DNA of 63,166 bases, the filler included, from an uncultured Synergistales bacterium (lineage in GTDB: Bacteria > Synergistota > Synergistia > Synergistales > Aminobacteriaceae), in NCBI GenBank assembly GCA_937897575.1. It is 8 parts of 8 records of this genome, joined end to end, with 100 filler letters (N's around TTAATTAATTAA, not from the genome) between each part and the next. Parts side by side here need not be neighbours in the genome. Positions count along the whole stretch, not along the records: positions 25,376 to 29,001 come from CALCQG010000011.1; positions 29,102 to 31,124 come from CALCQG010000012.1; positions 31,225 to 52,909 come from CALCQG010000013.1; 5 more parts are not named here. One strand, given 5' to 3'. The position numbers were made by a program, and so were the translations under genes. Under the pieces are notes generated by a model, which had not been told where the DNA came from, searched no databases, and worked only from the letters and a program-made list of their open reading frames with translations. This document shows, piece after piece, positions 28,039 to 37,979 of this stretch. Position 1 is the first letter of the stretch; each line of letters begins with the position of its first letter.

Positions 28039-28770
28039 GTGAGAAAAATCGACGCCCACGTGCACGTGGGCAACTTCGGAGGGTGGGCGGCCGTCGCCAT
28101 GACCGCCGAGGGATTGATAGGGCTGATGGACGAGTTCCATATGGAGCGGTCCATCCTGTGCAGCGCGGATCAGTACAGCAACGACGACGTGGCGCGCGCC
28201 CGGGAGCGATACCCTGACCGCATCCGGCCCCTGGCCTGGGTCAACCCCCTCGACGGGGAGCGCGCCCTCCAGGCCGTGGACCACTATGTGGGGGAGCTCC
28301 GTTTTGCGGGGATCAAGATGCACCCTCTCTTCAACGCCTTCGTGGCCGACGACCCCATAGTGGACCCCGTCATGAGGAAGGCCGGGGAGTACGGCGTCCC
28401 CGTGTTCATTCACTGCGGACACCCCCCCTTCTCGCTGCCCTGGAGCATCGCCCTCCTGGCCGAGCGCCACCCCTCCGTCCCCACCGTGATGATCCACATG
28501 GGGCACGGACACGGCGTCTACATCCAGGCGTCCATCGAGATGGCGAAGCGGTACGGAAACCTCTACCTCGAGATGAGCGGCATGCCCATGGGGAGCAAGA
28601 TCCTGGAGGCCTACCGGACCGTGGGGGCGGACCGGGTGCTCTTCGGCACCGACGGCCCCTTCCACCACCCGAGCGTGGAGATCCAGAAGGTCCTGACGTC
28701 GGGCCTTTCGGAGCGGGAGCAGGAGGACGTCTTCTACAACAACGCGGCCCGGCTCATGAAGCTCCTCTGA
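28039..28770 (+). CDS. Amidohydrolase family protein
   Basis: IDAHVH, GIKMHP, IHCG, HMG, LFGTDGP. Confidence 0.88.
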   Translation: MRKIDAHVHVGNFGGWAAVAMTAEGLIGLMDEFHMERSILCSADQYSNDDVARARERYPDRIRPLAWVNPLDGERALQAVDHYVGELRFAGIKMHPLFNAFVADDPIVDPVMRKAGEYGVPVFIHCGHPPFSLPWSIALLAERHPSVPTVMIHMGHGHGVYIQASIEMAKRYGNLYLEMSGMPMGSKILEAYRTVGADRVLFGTDGPFHHPSVEIQKVLTSGLSEREQEDVFYNNAARLMKLL

Positions 28771-28924
28771 GGAGGAACGTGGCGAGGGCACGACGACCCG
28801 GGGATGTCCTTCGAGGCCAATATGCCCTTGGTATCCCACTCTCCCCACAGACGGCACGTTTCCCTCATGCGCCGATTGCTGCGCCATTCCCCCATGGACG
28901 GCCCTTCGAAACCTGATGAAGCGC

Positions 28925-28967
28925 GGCGGCCTCGGGCATGTCCCGAGGCCGCCCTGCCTGTTTTTTT
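28925..28967 (+). terminator. Probable Rho-independent terminator
   Basis: GGCGGCCTCGGG / CCCGAGGCCGCC 12-bp stem with a T7 run shortly after. Confidence 0.65.
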
Positions 28968-29101
28968 ACCCTCTTCAAGGGCTCCGGGCGCGCCTGGCCC
29001 GNNNNNNNNNNNNNNNNNNNNNNNNNNNNNNNNNNNNNNNNNNNNTTAATTAATTAANNNNNNNNNNNNNNNNNNNNNNNNNNNNNNNNNNNNNNNNNNN
29101 N

Positions 29102-29336
29102 GAACATCCTGGAGGCGAAGGCCCGCAAAGCGCCCGTGATAGCCGTCGCAACCGAGGGCGATCGGTCGCTCGAGGAGGCGGCGGACGAGATATTCTTCGT
29201 TCCGGCAACCCTCGAGGATCTCACCCCCTTCCTCACCGTGGTGCCGCTGCAGCTCTTCGCCTACTTCTTCGCAAGGACCCTCGGGTGCAACATCGACCAG
29301 CCGCGGAACCTCGCGAAGAGCGTGACCGTCGAGTAA
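29102..29336 (+). CDS. glmS: Glutamine-fructose-6-phosphate transaminase (C-terminal fragment)
   Basis: Ends in DQPRNLAKSVTVE. Confidence 0.95.
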
Positions 29337-29472
29337 TAGAGCGAAAGCGTGCATGTCTCCCGGTGACCCCTTTGACGGGGGAGGGCGGAGACGAAGGAGA
29401 GCGTCTCGAAAAGAGAGGCCCCCGCGCGGTGAACGATCCTGTTCCCGGCGGGGCCTCTCCTCTTGTTGGCGC

Positions 29473-30534
29473 TCAGCTCTGAGGTTCTTTCGTGAAGGGG
29501 CTGTAGATCCGGAGGTGTGTGACGTCCTGCAGGGCGAGATCGTCCCGGCCGCCCTTCTCCGGGAGCATGGTCCAGGGGCCCCCGTCCCTTCGGCAGAGGA
29601 TCAGGGGCTTTCTCCCGTAGGTGGACCACAGGTCCCAGAGGCTGTCGTTCAGCTGGCTCCCGGGGACCATATCCCCTTTGAAGAGGGGGGCGGTCCCGGG
29701 CAGAGGCGTGTCGGACTCGGACGCGACGATCATCCACTGCGTGAGCTGCCACGCCGAGGCCATCTCCTTGGATTTCGCGTGGGTCAGGGGGATGATCTGA
29801 AAGCCTCCCACGACGCCCCGCCTCGACGTGCTGATGTCGATGACGCCCGAGTGGTTCGCCCGAAGGCGGCCGATTCCCTGAAAGATCGTGCCGTCGAAGC
29901 GCCCTACGCCCCGGATGGGGTGAATGACACGGGCCAGGACCCTCGGGCCCTGGGCGTACCAGCCGAGAACCCGTCCGCCCGGGCGGTTCTCGATGTCGAT
30001 GATGTAGGGACGGTCCTCCTCCTCGACCTGGAACAGGAGCACCTCGCCCTGCGCGGGGAGACCTCGGTCGCGGAGGGGCAGGGTGTCGCCGTTCTCTTTT
30101 TTCACGGTGACCCTCGTCCCCACGGGAGGCGCCCAGCCGCCGAACAAGGCGGTGCCAGCCGGGACGTCGACAGTGATGAAGGCCTTATCCCCGGCGGCGG
30201 GGGCGACGGTCTGAAGGGGCAGAATGCTCATGGTCTGTCCCTCGCCCTTTTCGACGGCCAGGGTCAGGTGTATGGCGTTGACGGCCGAAGCCGCCACCGT
30301 TCCCGCCTCCGCCCATTTCGACGCGGTATAGCTTGGCCATCGCGTCGCGGTGGGCAGGCCGACGACCTTCCCAAGGACGAAGACGCGTCCGTCCGGGAGC
30401 GTCGCCTGGACCTCGGCGCCCGGCGTGAGGGGGACGGATATCTGGTAGGTCAAAGCCTCTCCCTCTCCGGCATGGAGCAATACGATCAACAGAAAAACGA
30501 ACAGCGGTACGAGTATGGTCGCTCTCGTTCTCAT
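29473..30534 (-). CDS. Uncharacterised exported protein
   Basis: Long ORF with host-like codon use and a signal peptide ending in GEA; no recognised domain. Confidence 0.75.
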   Translation of the reverse strand: MRTRATILVPLFVFLLIVLLHAGEGEALTYQISVPLTPGAEVQATLPDGRVFVLGKVVGLPTATRWPSYTASKWAEAGTVAASAVNAIHLTLAVEKGEGQTMSILPLQTVAPAAGDKAFITVDVPAGTALFGGWAPPVGTRVTVKKENGDTLPLRDRGLPAQGEVLLFQVEEEDRPYIIDIENRPGGRVLGWYAQGPRVLARVIHPIRGVGRFDGTIFQGIGRLRANHSGVIDISTSRRGVVGGFQIIPLTHAKSKEMASAWQLTQWMIVASESDTPLPGTAPLFKGDMVPGSQLNDSLWDLWSTYGRKPLILCRRDGGPWTMLPEKGGRDDLALQDVTHLRIYSPFTKEPQS

Positions 30535-30667
30535 GGACAGGGTCACTCTCCTTTCAGGCACAGTGCGAAGTACACCCGATGATAGCACATCCAGCCCGCC
30601 TCATGAAACGAAGGAGCACGGTATAATGAGACAAGTCTGCACGAAAAACTTGAGGAAGGGTGACATC

Positions 30668-31024
30668 ATGGCGAACGAAGAGCCCCATCGCGACCCTCTT
30701 GCCCTCCAGCGCACGCTCATGGCGGCGGAAAGGACCTATTCCGCCTGGGTGCGAACGGGCCTCGCATGCATCGGCGGCGGGTTTGCCATAGGCAAGGCCT
30801 TCCTCTCGCTCGAGGCCGGGCATCGGGCGACGGCCGTGCATGCCGGCCGGATGATGATCCTTTTGGGAATGCTTCTCTTCCTCTACGCGTTGGGAAGCTA
30901 TTACCACGCCTGTCGACGGCTCCGCGGCCGGGAGACGGACCGCTATGCGCTGCCGGTCATGATCTTTCTGACGATCATGCTGCTCGTCGTATCGGTCTTC
31001 CTCTATCGACTGCTGGTGGTGTAA
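30668..31024 (+). CDS. YidH/DUF202 family membrane protein
   Basis: LALQRTLMAAERTYSAWVRTG followed by three TM segments. Confidence 0.85.
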   Translation: MANEEPHRDPLALQRTLMAAERTYSAWVRTGLACIGGGFAIGKAFLSLEAGHRATAVHAGRMMILLGMLLFLYALGSYYHACRRLRGRETDRYALPVMIFLTIMLLVVSVFLYRLLVV

Positions 31025-31039
31025 AAGGAGGTTGCGATC

Positions 31040-31124
31040 ATGAACAACACCCCTGTCAAACTGACGATCCTTCAGATGAACGACAGCCACGCCTACTTCA
31101 GGCCCCATCAGGAGCTCTTTTGGG
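31040..31124 (+). CDS. Metallophosphoesterase / 5'-nucleotidase family (3' partial)
   Basis: AGGAGG RBS; LTILQMNDSH motif. Confidence 0.7.
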
Positions 31125-31224
31125 NNNNNNNNNNNNNNNNNNNNNNNNNNNNNNNNNNNNNNNNNNNNTTAATTAATTAANNNNNNNNNNNNNNNNNNNN
31201 NNNNNNNNNNNNNNNNNNNNNNNN

Positions 31225-31505
31225 GCCTACACGGGCGCCGTATCCATGGCCATGGATACGGCGCCCGTGTAGGCCCCCCTGTCCTCGGGAAAGCCATCCT
31301 GGGCTCCCACGGACAGATCGCCTCTGTCGGCAAGAACCTGCTGCACGGCTCCGATGGTCACGAAGGGAGGAAAAAGACAGATGTCCACTGCGTTTGCGCT
31401 GTACCAACCGCCAGAGGCCCTCTCGGCGAGCGCACGCGCAAAGGACACCCCCTCCTCGGGCAGCATGTTCATCTTCCAGTTGCCATAGAGATGGATCTTC
31501 TTCAT
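31225..31505 (-). CDS. tpiA: Triosephosphate isomerase (3' partial; last 25 nt are a fold-back artefact)
   Basis: GNWKMN, GAQD, GAYTG; follows pgk. Confidence 0.93.
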
Positions 31506-31526
31506 CCGTCGCTCCCCCTTCTCGCC

Positions 31527-32717
31527 CTATTCCACGACAAGAGGGGCGATGCCCGGCAGCTCCTTGCCCTCGCAGAACTCGAGGCTCGCTCCCCCGCCCG
31601 TCGAGACGTGAGAGACCTTTCCGTCGAAGCCGAGGGCCTTGGCTGCGGCGGCCGTATCTCCTCCGCCGATGACCGTCGTGCCGCCCCGCTCCGTGCATTC
31701 CGCCACGCCCTCGGCGACACCCTTCGTGCCGGCGGCGAAGAGCGGGTTTTCAAAGACGCCCATGGGGCCGTTCCAGAGGATGGTCTTCGCCCCTGCCGCC
31801 CGCTCGGCGAAGAGACGCACCGTCTCCGGCCCGATATCGAGCCCCATCATGTCCGCCGGAATGGCACCCGCGGGGTGGACCTGTTGGCCGGCCGTCGCGT
31901 CGGGGGACGACGCCGTCACCACGTCCACGGGGAGCAGGAGGTCCACGCCGATCTTTTTCGCCCGCTCCATCATCCGGGCGGCGAAATCCGCCTTGTCCCC
32001 CTCGAAGAGGGAGCGTCCGATCGCTTCGCCCTTCGCTCCGAGGAAGGTGAAGGCCATCCCTCCGCCGACGAGGATGGCGCTCGCCTTGTCCATCAGGTTC
32101 TCCACCACGCCGATCTTGTCCGAGACCTTTGCGCCGCCGAGGATGAGGACGAAGGGGCGCTCCGGATTTCCGCTCACCGACGAGAGCATCGTCGCCTCTC
32201 TCTGCAGAAGAGGGCCGGCGAAGGAGGGCAATAGATCCATGATGGCGCTGGTGGACGAATCGGCTCTATGGGACGCGCTGAAGGCGTCCATGACGAAGAC
32301 CTGGAAAGGAGCCGCGAGCCGCTCGGCAAAGTGCCGGTCATTCTTCTGTTCTTCCGGGTGAAAACGCACGTTCTCAAGAAGGAGCACCTCTCCGTCCTTC
32401 TGGTCTTGCACGGCCTTCTCCACCTCGGGGCCGACGCAGTCGGGGCAAAAACGGACAGGAATACCGAAAATCCGCTCCGCCTCCGATCGGACGTGGGACA
32501 GGGACATATCGGGAACCACCGCCCCCTTCGGGCGGCCGAGATGGGATATGAGCGCCACCCGTGCACCCCACCGCAGCAACCGGGACACCACGTCCTCGTG
32601 GGCCGAAATTCTCGTCGTGTCGCCCACCACCCCGTTCTTCAGCGGGACGTTGAAGTCCACGCGAACGAGCACCTTTTTTCCTCGGACATCCTTCTCGGAG
32701 AAACTTCGAAGCTTCAT
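31527..32717 (-). CDS. pgk: Phosphoglycerate kinase
   Basis: VRVDFNVP, SHLGRP, GGAKVSDK, WNGPMGVFE, STGGGASLE. Confidence 0.96.
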   Translation of the reverse strand: MKLRSFSEKDVRGKKVLVRVDFNVPLKNGVVGDTTRISAHEDVVSRLLRWGARVALISHLGRPKGAVVPDMSLSHVRSEAERIFGIPVRFCPDCVGPEVEKAVQDQKDGEVLLLENVRFHPEEQKNDRHFAERLAAPFQVFVMDAFSASHRADSSTSAIMDLLPSFAGPLLQREATMLSSVSGNPERPFVLILGGAKVSDKIGVVENLMDKASAILVGGGMAFTFLGAKGEAIGRSLFEGDKADFAARMMERAKKIGVDLLLPVDVVTASSPDATAGQQVHPAGAIPADMMGLDIGPETVRLFAERAAGAKTILWNGPMGVFENPLFAAGTKGVAEGVAECTERGGTTVIGGGDTAAAAKALGFDGKVSHVSTGGGASLEFCEGKELPGIAPLVVE

Positions 32718-32752
32718 GCCTCACCGAACCTCCTTTGGTCGTTCTTTGCGCA

Positions 32753-33643
32753 TCAGAGGCGCACCGTGCGGGAAAGGGCCTCGGCCATCCTTTCGAGCTT
32801 CTTCCACCGATATTGTATCGTACTTTTGCTCACCGGCGGCGTCTGAATCCTGCCCAGCTCCTCCAGGGAGAGGCTCGGGTTCTCTCGTCGCGTCTCGATG
32901 AGGCGCTTCAGGACCTCGGGGACGGATCGCTCCTCCACGGACGCGAGGACCGCATCGGCAACCTCCATCTGTCGGGACGACGCCTCGAGCGCCTTGCGTA
33001 TGTTCGATGCGTCGCAGTTCACCAGTTTGTTGGCCCGGTCCCTCATGGAGCGCACGATGGCCCGCTCCTCGAGCATGAGGGAGGATTTGCCGAGGGCGAA
33101 GCGGCTCAGGAGGGTCACGATGTCCTCCTGATTGCGGATCGTGATCTCGACTCTGTTGTGCACAGCCCTCCGCCCGTAGGAGAATCGCTCCTGCCGGAGC
33201 TCCGCCTCGACCCGATCGCCGATCCGATGGGAGGGCAGGCGGAAGGTCATGTAGTACCCCGTCCTCGGGATATAGAGGGCGCCGCTGCTCCCCCAGACCC
33301 CCTTCAGCCACTCTATGCCCGGCCTCCCCCGCTGTTTCAGCAGCGCGAGGATCTCGGCCGGGAGGCGCAGGAGGACTTTGCCCTTCATGCTTTCGGGGAT
33401 CGAGAGCAGCTGGGCGAATTCCGCCGCCTCCGACAGACGGGCGACATCCCACAGGCCGCGCAGGCGCCGGAAGATCCAGAGGCGGCTGCTCGAGACGACT
33501 TCCTCGCCGCCTCGCCCCTCGGGCGAAAGCCCGTCGAGGATGCCCCGGATCTCCCGCGTTGCGCCAGCCGAGTCCCTGAAGGGCGAGGAGACCCATTCGT
33601 CCCACATCTCGAGGGCGCTCAGGGCGCCTCGCGGCGTCGGCAC
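32753..33643 (-). CDS. whiA: DNA-binding protein WhiA
   Basis: NKLVNCDASN and C-terminal HTH (SLEELG..VSKS); rapZ-yvcK-whiA synteny. Confidence 0.88.
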   Translation of the reverse strand: MPTPRGALSALEMWDEWVSSPFRDSAGATREIRGILDGLSPEGRGGEEVVSSSRLWIFRRLRGLWDVARLSEAAEFAQLLSIPESMKGKVLLRLPAEILALLKQRGRPGIEWLKGVWGSSGALYIPRTGYYMTFRLPSHRIGDRVEAELRQERFSYGRRAVHNRVEITIRNQEDIVTLLSRFALGKSSLMLEERAIVRSMRDRANKLVNCDASNIRKALEASSRQMEVADAVLASVEERSVPEVLKRLIETRRENPSLSLEELGRIQTPPVSKSTIQYRWKKLERMAEALSRTVRL

Positions 33644-33646
33644 CGG

Positions 33647-34768
33647 TCACTCCTCCTTCAGTTCCCTGCAGAGGCGGACGAGGATCTCGGACAGGACCTG
33701 CCCGTTGTGCCGCAGGAGGGAGTTGTCCAGTATCTGGACGAGGTTCCCCTGCAGGACGGTGCAGCCCATCTCCTCCAGGACGCGGCGATCGGATTTTTTC
33801 AGGTAGAGGGGCTCGGCCCCCTCCGTCCGGTACTTGTCCAGAAGATGATTCGGGATATCTCCGTCGTTGACGACCACATACTCCGGGGCGGAGCGCAGCG
33901 CCGCAGCCACCCACCGGACGTGGTCCTCGACAGAGAAGCCCCCCGTCTCGCCCGGCTGGGTCATGAGATTGCAGATGTAGACCTTGGGGGCCGTCGACCG
34001 CCTGATGCGCTCCGAGACCTCCCGGATGAGCAGGTTCGGGAGAACGCTCGTAAACAGGCTTCCGGGGCCGAGGGCGATGAGGTCCCCCTCGTCTATGGAG
34101 CGGAGGACGTCCTTCAGCGGCTTGGGGTCCCTCGGCTCGAGCCATATTCGCGCGATGTCGGGGCCCCGCTCCGCGATGGCGAGCTCCCCCCGCAGCCGTT
34201 CGCCCTCCCTGGTCTCGGCGGTGAGCGTCACGGCCTCCGTCGTGACGGGCAGGACGCGCCCCCGGATGGCCAGCAGATAGTTCATCTCCTCCACGGCAAG
34301 GCGGAAATCGCCGAACTGCTCCGAGACGGCGAGGAGCATGAGGTTCCCAAGGCTGTGGCCGGCGAGCTCGCCCCTGTCGAAACGAAAATCGAGAAGCCGT
34401 TTGAGCGCGTTGTCGTTCTCAGCCAGCGCCACGATGCAGTTGCGCACGTCGCCGGGAGGGAGCACCCCCCACTCCTGCTTCAGCTTGCCCGAGCTCCCCC
34501 CTTCGTCGGTCACGGCCACCACGGCCACGATGTTTCTCGTGTAGCTCTTGAGCGCCCGCAGGAGCGTCGAGAGCCCTGTTCCCCCTCCGAGGGCCACCAC
34601 GAAAGGCCCCATGGAGAGGCGGTACTCCACCGCCCGGGCGATGACGGCTCCTCGACGCCGTGCGGAGCGCTTCGTCATGGGGGTCGTCTTCCTGTCGAGG
34701 AACCGGTAGGCGAAGAAGAGGAACAGCGCCGTACCAAGGCCGAGGATGTAGCTGAGGGTCAGCTCCAT
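33647..34768 (-). CDS. yvcK: UDP-GlcNAc-binding gluconeogenesis factor YvcK/GlmR
   Basis: GGGTGL, DEGGSSG, PPGDVRNC, GPGSLFTS, NLMTQPGET. Confidence 0.92.
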   Translation of the reverse strand: MELTLSYILGLGTALFLFFAYRFLDRKTTPMTKRSARRRGAVIARAVEYRLSMGPFVVALGGGTGLSTLLRALKSYTRNIVAVVAVTDEGGSSGKLKQEWGVLPPGDVRNCIVALAENDNALKRLLDFRFDRGELAGHSLGNLMLLAVSEQFGDFRLAVEEMNYLLAIRGRVLPVTTEAVTLTAETREGERLRGELAIAERGPDIARIWLEPRDPKPLKDVLRSIDEGDLIALGPGSLFTSVLPNLLIREVSERIRRSTAPKVYICNLMTQPGETGGFSVEDHVRWVAAALRSAPEYVVVNDGDIPNHLLDKYRTEGAEPLYLKKSDRRVLEEMGCTVLQGNLVQILDNSLLRHNGQVLSEILVRLCRELKEE

Positions 34769-34769
34769 G

Positions 34770-35669
34770 TTACCACCCCTGATCTTTTCCGATGTCCCTG
34801 TGCCGGAGAGAGACGCCCCCCGGCAGGCTGCCGAAGTGTCCGTACAGCCTCTCGGCCACCGTCACCGACCGGTGGCGCCCGCCGGTGCAGCCGATCCCGA
34901 TGTGAAGGTGGCTCTTCCCCGACTTCAGGTAGAGCGGGATCACGTACTCCAGGAAGGCGACCATCCTGTCCCAGAACCTCGACGCCTCCTCCGAGCGCCA
35001 GATGTACTCCTGGACGGCGCCGTCCACGCCGGAAAGAGGCTGAAGTTCGGGCAGATAATAGGGGTTCGGAAGGAACCGCACGTCGAACAGATAGTCGCAG
35101 TCCGCCGGGGCTCCGTACTTGAAGCCGAAGGAGGTGACCACGAGGGAGACCCCCTCCCGCTCGTCGCAGTACTCCGAGAGCAGGCGCTTCTGGAGGTCGC
35201 CCAGGGACATACGCGACGTGTCGATGACCGTATCGGCCAAGTCGAGAACCCGTTTCAACCGCTTCCTCTCGTCGGTGATGCTCTCGAGAAAGGAGCCGTC
35301 CCGTCCCAGAGGGTGGCGTCGCCGCGTGAACTCGAACCGCCGGAGCAACGTCCCGTCGTCGGCGTCGAGGAACAGGACGTCCACCCTCGGGAATTGGCTC
35401 CTGAGCGTCGCGACGGCCGTGGGAAAGTCGTCGAGGAGCGTCTCGCCCCGAACGTCGACCACCGCCGCCACGCCGTACTTCACCGCAGCCCTGTGCTTCC
35501 CGAGCAGGAGGATGAGCTGCGGAAGAAGGGCCGACGGGATGTTGTCGATGGCGAACATGCCCTGGTCCTCCAGGACCTTGAGGGCCGTGGACTTCCCCGC
35601 ACCGGACATGCCGGTGATGATGATGCAGCGCCTGACCTCCGTCACATCGTTCGTCATGTCGCTATCCAT
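34770..35669 (-). CDS. rapZ: RNase adapter RapZ/YvcJ
   Basis: TGMSGAGKS, SFGFKYG, DVRFLPNP, GCTGGRHRSV. Confidence 0.94.
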   Translation of the reverse strand: MDSDMTNDVTEVRRCIIITGMSGAGKSTALKVLEDQGMFAIDNIPSALLPQLILLLGKHRAAVKYGVAAVVDVRGETLLDDFPTAVATLRSQFPRVDVLFLDADDGTLLRRFEFTRRRHPLGRDGSFLESITDERKRLKRVLDLADTVIDTSRMSLGDLQKRLLSEYCDEREGVSLVVTSFGFKYGAPADCDYLFDVRFLPNPYYLPELQPLSGVDGAVQEYIWRSEEASRFWDRMVAFLEYVIPLYLKSGKSHLHIGIGCTGGRHRSVTVAERLYGHFGSLPGGVSLRHRDIGKDQGW

Positions 35670-36480
35670 TGCCGCACTCCCCGTCCCAGCCGCAGAGGAT
35701 CTCGATGCCGTGCCGCAGAGACGGCGCGACGGCGGTGAGGCACTCGACGGCTCCCTTTTCGCTCCCCGGGAGGGCGATGATAAGGGTTTTCCCCCGGATC
35801 ACGGCATTGCTCCGGCTCAGAGCCGCCCTGGGCGTGATGGCCGCGGAGGCGCGGCGCATGGCCTCGCCTATGCCCGGGACCTTTCGCTCGCCCACCCTCT
35901 CGAGCGCCTCGGGCGTCACGTCCCTCGGGGAGAAGCCCGTCCCCCCCGTGGTCAGGATGAGCTCCGCTCGCCCCTCGTCGCACCAGCGCTCCAGAATTCG
36001 GGCGATGGCCTCTTCGTCGTCGGGGACCGTGGCCCGCTCCGTCACCGTTCCTCCGAAAAGAGGCACCTCCCTTGCAAGGGCCGGCCCCGACCGGTCGTCC
36101 CGTTCGCCCCTGCTCCCCTTGTCGCTCACCGTCAGGATGCCCACGCGAATGGGGCGAAGCACGGCGCACCGCCGCGAGACGGATACGAACCCGCCGCGGA
36201 TCATGGACAGGGCCGACGTGCCGTGTTGGTCTGCCTCCCCTATTCCGCACAGGACGTCGTCCACGGACAGCGTGCCCTCCGTCGGGACGGGCGATTCCGA
36301 GAGGACGAACCCCGCGCTTTTCTCCTCCAGCGCCCTCGCCCCTGGGGCGAGGAGCCGAAGCGCCCTCCGCTCGCCGTTGAAGGACGGTTCCCCGGCGCCC
36401 GTGATCCCGAGAAGGCAGAGCCGGTGGGAACGGAGGCTTTGCCCGTCGTGCTCCAGAATCTCAAGAATTCTCATGGTCAT
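35662..36480 (-). CDS. mogA: MogA/MoaB family molybdopterin adenylyltransferase with an extra N-terminal domain
   Basis: LTVSD, DRSGP, TTGGTGFSPRDVTPEA, LPGS. Confidence 0.85.
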   Translation of the reverse strand: MTMRILEILEHDGQSLRSHRLCLLGITGAGEPSFNGERRALRLLAPGARALEEKSAGFVLSESPVPTEGTLSVDDVLCGIGEADQHGTSALSMIRGGFVSVSRRCAVLRPIRVGILTVSDKGSRGERDDRSGPALAREVPLFGGTVTERATVPDDEEAIARILERWCDEGRAELILTTGGTGFSPRDVTPEALERVGERKVPGIGEAMRRASAAITPRAALSRSNAVIRGKTLIIALPGSEKGAVECLTAVAPSLRHGIEILCGWDGECGNG

Positions 36481-36973
36481 CCACCCCCGCCGCCCTGTAG
36501 GTGCCGCTCTTTCCTCCCGACTTCATCACAAGGCGTACCCCCTCGATGGTCATCGCCTTCGAGGCCGCCTTGCACATGTCGTAGACCGTCAGCGCCGCGA
36601 CGGACACGCCCGTCAGCGCCTCCATCTCGACGCCCGTCACGTCTCTGGCCGTCACGGAGCAGCGGATGCGGATCCTCCGCTCCTCGCGGAGGAGGTCGCA
36701 GGCCACGGAGACGCTGTCGATCCGTATGCCGTGGCAGAGCGGAATGAGGTCGGGCGTCCTCTTCACCGCCATGATGCCCGCCAGCTCCGCTACCCGGAGG
36801 ACGTTGCCCTTCCGCCCCGTGCCCTCGCTGTCGAGGCTCGCGCAGACGGCCTCGTCGAGGAGGACCCACCCCTCGGCCTCCGCCCGTCGGAGCGTCCTGT
36901 CCTTTTCGCTCACATCCACCATCGTCGGCCGACCATCGTCGTCCAGATGGGTCAGCCTGAAACGCCTCGTCAC
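36461..36973 (-). CDS. moaC: Cyclic pyranopterin monophosphate synthase
   Basis: LTH..MVDV, LIPLCH, TGVEMEA, YDMCKA, KSGGKSG. Confidence 0.94.
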   Translation of the reverse strand: MTRRFRLTHLDDDGRPTMVDVSEKDRTLRRAEAEGWVLLDEAVCASLDSEGTGRKGNVLRVAELAGIMAVKRTPDLIPLCHGIRIDSVSVACDLLREERRIRIRCSVTARDVTGVEMEALTGVSVAALTVYDMCKAASKAMTIEGVRLVMKSGGKSGTYRAAGVDDHENS

Positions 36974-36980
36974 TGGAGCA

Positions 36981-37979
36981 TCACCCTCCGATCCGGGACA
37001 TATGACGGTATCCCGGGGAATCCGTCTCCTTCGGGAGCCCCGTCCCGCCCTCCCTGGGTTTCGCCGCCGCCGCCGCGAGGATGAGGGCCTGGAGTGCCGA
37101 AGCATCCCTCATCCGCAGCGCCTCCATGATCGGCACGCTGTCGTCCCTGAACAGGCATGAACGGATCTCGCCCGTGGCCGTCACCCTCAGCCGGTTGCAC
37201 CGCCCGCAGAAGTGATCCGACACGGCGGAGATGATCCCCACCCGCTGCCCCGTTCGCTCGTGGACGTAGTACCGGGCCGGCCCGTTCGGACCCTGGGTCG
37301 GCGCCTCGTCCGGCAGCCATGCGTCGGGAGCTGGGAGACGGCCCCGGATCTCTTCGGCCGGGACGTACTCCTCTCGGGACCAGACCTGTCCGTCCAGGGG
37401 CATGAACTCGATGAAGCGGAGCAGGACGCCCTTTCTGCCCGCGAACAGGACAAGGTCCTCGATCTCGGCCGCGTTGACGCTTCGCACGACCACCGTGTTC
37501 AGTTTCACGGGGACGCTGCCCGCCGCCAGCACGGCGTCGATGCCCCGAAGGACCTGGTCGATGCCACCCATCGCCGTCATCGCGGTGAATTTCGACGGGT
37601 CGAGGGTATCGAGGCTCACGTTCACGCTGTCCAACCCGAGGGCGGGAAGCCGGTCGGCCCAGGCCTCCAGAAAGGAGCCGTTCGTCGTGACGGCCATGGC
37701 GAGGTGCGGGAAACGGTTCCGCACTTCGGCGAGGAAGGGGACGAACCCCTTGCGGACGAAGGGCTCGCCGCCCGTGAAGCGAACTCTCCGGACCCCGAGA
37801 CCGGTGAGGACCTCGCAGAGAAAGAGGATGTCCTCGTAGGTCATGATCCTCTCGTGGGGGATCCATGCCACGCCCTCGGCGGGCATGCAGTAGCGGCACC
37901 GGAAATTGCACCGGTCCGTGACCGAGATCCGTACGTAGTCGAGGGACCGCCCGAAGGGGTCGCGGATCACGCCGGCCAT
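36981..37979 (-). CDS. moaA: GTP 3',8-cyclase
   Basis: CNFRCRYC, FCGRCNRLR, C-terminal IGG. Confidence 0.95.
   Translation of the reverse strand: MAGVIRDPFGRSLDYVRISVTDRCNFRCRYCMPAEGVAWIPHERIMTYEDILFLCEVLTGLGVRRVRFTGGEPFVRKGFVPFLAEVRNRFPHLAMAVTTNGSFLEAWADRLPALGLDSVNVSLDTLDPSKFTAMTAMGGIDQVLRGIDAVLAAGSVPVKLNTVVVRSVNAAEIEDLVLFAGRKGVLLRFIEFMPLDGQVWSREEYVPAEEIRGRLPAPDAWLPDEAPTQGPNGPARYYVHERTGQRVGIISAVSDHFCGRCNRLRVTATGEIRSCLFRDDSVPIMEALRMRDASALQALILAAAAAKPREGGTGLPKETDSPGYRHMSRIGG

Noticed and set aside
28884..28925. SAM-I, TPP or hammerhead-like fragments (GGCCCTTCGAAACCTGATGA)
   Set aside because: The remaining conserved cores and stems are missing.
31225..31274. Perfect 50-bp palindrome at the end of tpiA
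   Set aside because: It sits exactly at a contig end and folds back around CCATGGCCATGG inside an essential gene, which indicates an assembly artefact.
32735..35122. Long opposite-strand ORFs, also 44587-46671, 57828-60023, 4636-6219 and 35119-36747
   Set aside because: Shadow frames of real genes, expected in GC-rich DNA, with no motifs of their own.
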